Shown piece after piece: positions 32,491-33,746 of a stretch of 33,746 nucleotides of DNA (positions are counted from its first letter, which is position 1; the number at the start of each line of letters is the position of its first letter). Location of the stretch: positions 1-33,746 of IMG/VR virus record IMGVR_UViG_3300001102_000004. One strand, 5' to 3'. Under the pieces are notes generated by a model. That model worked only from the letters and a program-made list of their open reading frames with translations, searched no databases and was not told where the DNA came from. This DNA is from a virus. The position numbers and the translations under genes were made by a program.

Positions 32491-32626
32491 CCTCTATGCT
32501 TTTAATATCTCTGTAGATATTGTTTACATGCCCTATAAATTCTTTTAATTTAACTGTATGGTGGTGGCTAATTATAGATAAATATAGTATTAAAACAGAT
32601 TGAATTATTAAAATTGCTGTTATCAT
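32477..32626 (-). CDS. Possible 49-aa membrane peptide
   Basis: Hand translation gives MITAILIIQSVLILYLSIISHHHTVKLKEF.... It has an ATGA overlap with the upstream stop and overlaps the nuclease start. Confidence 0.4.
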   Translation of the reverse strand: MITAILIIQSVLILYLSIISHHHTVKLKEFIGHVNNIYRDIKSIEDEQQ

Positions 32627-32901
32627 TTCGTTTTTGTTATCTTGTTTTCTAGTTCTTGTATTGTTTCTTTTAAGCTCCTTATAACCTTGCGTACCGCATA
32701 ATCATTTATCCATTTAGGGTCGTCTATAAATGCTAATGTTGTAACCTCTGACCTGTTAAGGTCGTAAAGTATTCCATCTGCTGGTTGCTTAATAAATTCT
32801 TTAACGTCCACGCTATACAAGCTTCCTGATTGCATAAATAATATCTTACCCTCATTTGAAAGTTCAATTACTTTTTGTTTTATGTCCTCACTTCTTTTCA
32901 T
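32623..32901 (-). CDS. Hypothetical protein (ATG at 32901; the track begins at a GTG at 32904)
   Basis: 92-aa ORF. Confidence 0.6.
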   Translation of the reverse strand: MKRSEDIKQKVIELSNEGKILFMQSGSLYSVDVKEFIKQPADGILYDLNRSEVTTLAFIDDPKWINDYAVRKVIRSLKETIQELENKITKTK

Positions 32902-33049
32902 CACATTGGTTTAAATATTTTATATTTAAAGCTATACACTCTATTAATATTTTTATTAAAGAATATTCGTTAGCAATTGAAGAGTTATTTTTAAAATCTC
33001 CCTCGTCTATTGTTACCTCTGTGCTTTTATGCTTTACTGTTATCCTCAT
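32888..33049 (-). CDS. Possible 53-aa protein filling the 32905-33026 gap
   Basis: Hand translation gives MRITVKHKSTEVTIDEGDFKNNSS.... It overlaps both neighbours. Confidence 0.35.
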   Translation of the reverse strand: MRITVKHKSTEVTIDEGDFKNNSSIANEYSLIKILIECIALNIKYLNQCDEKK

Positions 33050-33230
33050 TTTTTTTATCTTCTAATTGTATAACTGAGTATGATTTTTTTTCGTCATTAT
33101 TAATAAAGTGTTGGCCCCTGTTAAACCCTAAGACTATAGAGTTTAAATGCTTTTTTTCTACTGGGTCTTTTGTTTTATTATAAAGGTTAGAGGCAAATAG
33201 GGCCGTTATATACATAGTTATAATTTTCAT
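33027..33230 (-). CDS. Hypothetical small protein with a signal-like N-terminus
   Basis: 67 aa, starting MKIITMYITALFASNLY. Confidence 0.55.
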   Translation of the reverse strand: MKIITMYITALFASNLYNKTKDPVEKKHLNSIVLGFNRGQHFINNDEKKSYSVIQLEDKKNEDNSKA

Positions 33231-33524
33231 CTAGCAATATTTAGTATTAGTAGTTTTTACAACTTCGTAGAACTTTATTTTAACATCGATGCAAATGTGT
33301 TTAATAAGCTTAATTATATGGTTGGGGTCGTCTGTAGTATGCGCCACTTCTATTATATCTCCCTCGTGGTCCGAGCTTCTAAAGTAAACGTGAAAATAGT
33401 TTTTATTATACTCTCCATGTACAGAGTTATAATATTTAAACATGTTGTTACGTCCTCCTGTGTAGTTTTCTGTTTCGTCAGGCATTAGCTTAATAAAGCT
33501 TTCTGCAATTTCTTTAATTTCCAT
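33231..33524 (-). CDS. Hypothetical protein, first gene after promoter 33576-33605 (start moved to MEIKE)
   Basis: The track ORF starts at 33587, abutting the terminator T-tract and running through the -7 box at 33576-33583. The ATG at 33524 lies 51 nt after the -7 box. Confidence 0.55.
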   Translation of the reverse strand: MEIKEIAESFIKLMPDETENYTGGRNNMFKYYNSVHGEYNKNYFHVYFRSSDHEGDIIEVAHTTDDPNHIIKLIKHICIDVKIKFYEVVKTTNTKYC

Positions 33525-33575
33525 ATCTTTTGTTTTAGTTCGATGATTGAAAAACTTTGATTTAATCAATCTATT

Positions 33576-33605
33576 CAAAGATAACAAAAAAAGCTCCTAT
33601 ACAAA
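33576..33605 (-). promoter_or_regulatory. Host-type promoter: TTTG-N18-TATCTTTG
   Basis: The minus strand reads TTTGtataggagctttttttgtTATCTTTGaataga. The -33 box lies in the loop of the preceding terminator. Confidence 0.5.
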
Positions 33606-33620
33606 GTAAAGGAGCTTTTA
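33585..33620 (-). terminator. Rho-independent terminator after the junction-spanning gene
   Basis: The minus strand reads AAAAGCTCCTttactttgtatAGGAGCTTTTTTT. Confidence 0.7.
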
Positions 33621-33638
33621 ATATTCTATAATTATTAT

Positions 33639-33746
33639 TTAATTATCGTACAGGAAAACTGTCTTAAACTTTCCGTCGTGATAATGTTTTTTATTTTCCG
33701 CTAGTAATGGCATTCTATAAATTACTGACGTATCGTTATTGGCTTG
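33639..33746 (-). CDS. 3' part of the junction-spanning secreted/lipoprotein-like gene (stop TAA at 33639-33641)
   Basis: The frame continues from base 1 across the circular junction: ...VIYRMPLLAENKKHYHDGKFKTVFLYDN*. Bases 33698-33746 duplicate 1-49. Confidence 0.55.
   Translation of the reverse strand, partial: QANNDTSVIYRMPLLAENKKHYHDGKFKTVFLYDN
33698..33746. repeat. Terminal direct repeat, copy B
   Basis: Exact 49-nt match to 1-49. Confidence 0.95.

Overview
The window is one complete, AT-rich tailed-phage genome assembled as a circle. Bases 1-49 recur exactly at 33698-33746, so the unique length is 33,697 bp. Every credible gene is on the minus strand and tightly packed, often with ATGA or TAATG start/stop overlaps. 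All plus-strand ORFs in the track look like antisense artefacts.

In transcription order (high to low coordinate) the genome runs:
- a host-type promoter next to a terminator (33576-33620);
- small unknown genes;
- a staphylococcal-nuclease-fold nuclease, then small and large terminase;
- portal, HK97-type prohead protease, and a major capsid protein with an N-terminal coiled-coil;
- an unusual connector region containing a 742-aa ORF and a DUF1353-like ORF;
- major tail protein, two chaperone-position ORFs, and a 1114-aa tape measure;
- a 562-aa tail protein, a 1187-aa fibre, and a 618-aa FN3-containing fibre;
- membrane and coiled-coil proteins, an M15-type endolysin and a holin-like gene;
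- a second host-type promoter (7103-7133) driving an early/replication block: XRE-like HTH, Rad52/Sak-like annealase, wHTH, a replication organiser with internal 18-bp iterons, and RusA;
- a PAP2/vanadium-haloperoxidase-like enzyme;
- a secreted or lipoprotein-like gene that spans the contig junction and carries an in-frame TGA.

No integrase, tRNA, CRISPR array, polymerase or helicase was recognised. The promoter boxes (TTTG / TAnnTTTG) and the absence of Shine-Dalgarno sequences point to a Bacteroidota (probably Flavobacteriia) host.

The most interesting signals are:
- a five-member family of conserved promoter-like elements with a fixed non-canonical 15-nt spacer, two of them abutting an ATG;
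- the PAP2/haloperoxidase-like auxiliary gene;
- very cysteine-rich virion proteins beside a cysteine-free tape measure;
- iterons inside the replication gene;
- the TGA sitting exactly where a lipobox cysteine is expected.

All functional calls rest on motif recognition by eye and on gene order. No database search was run.
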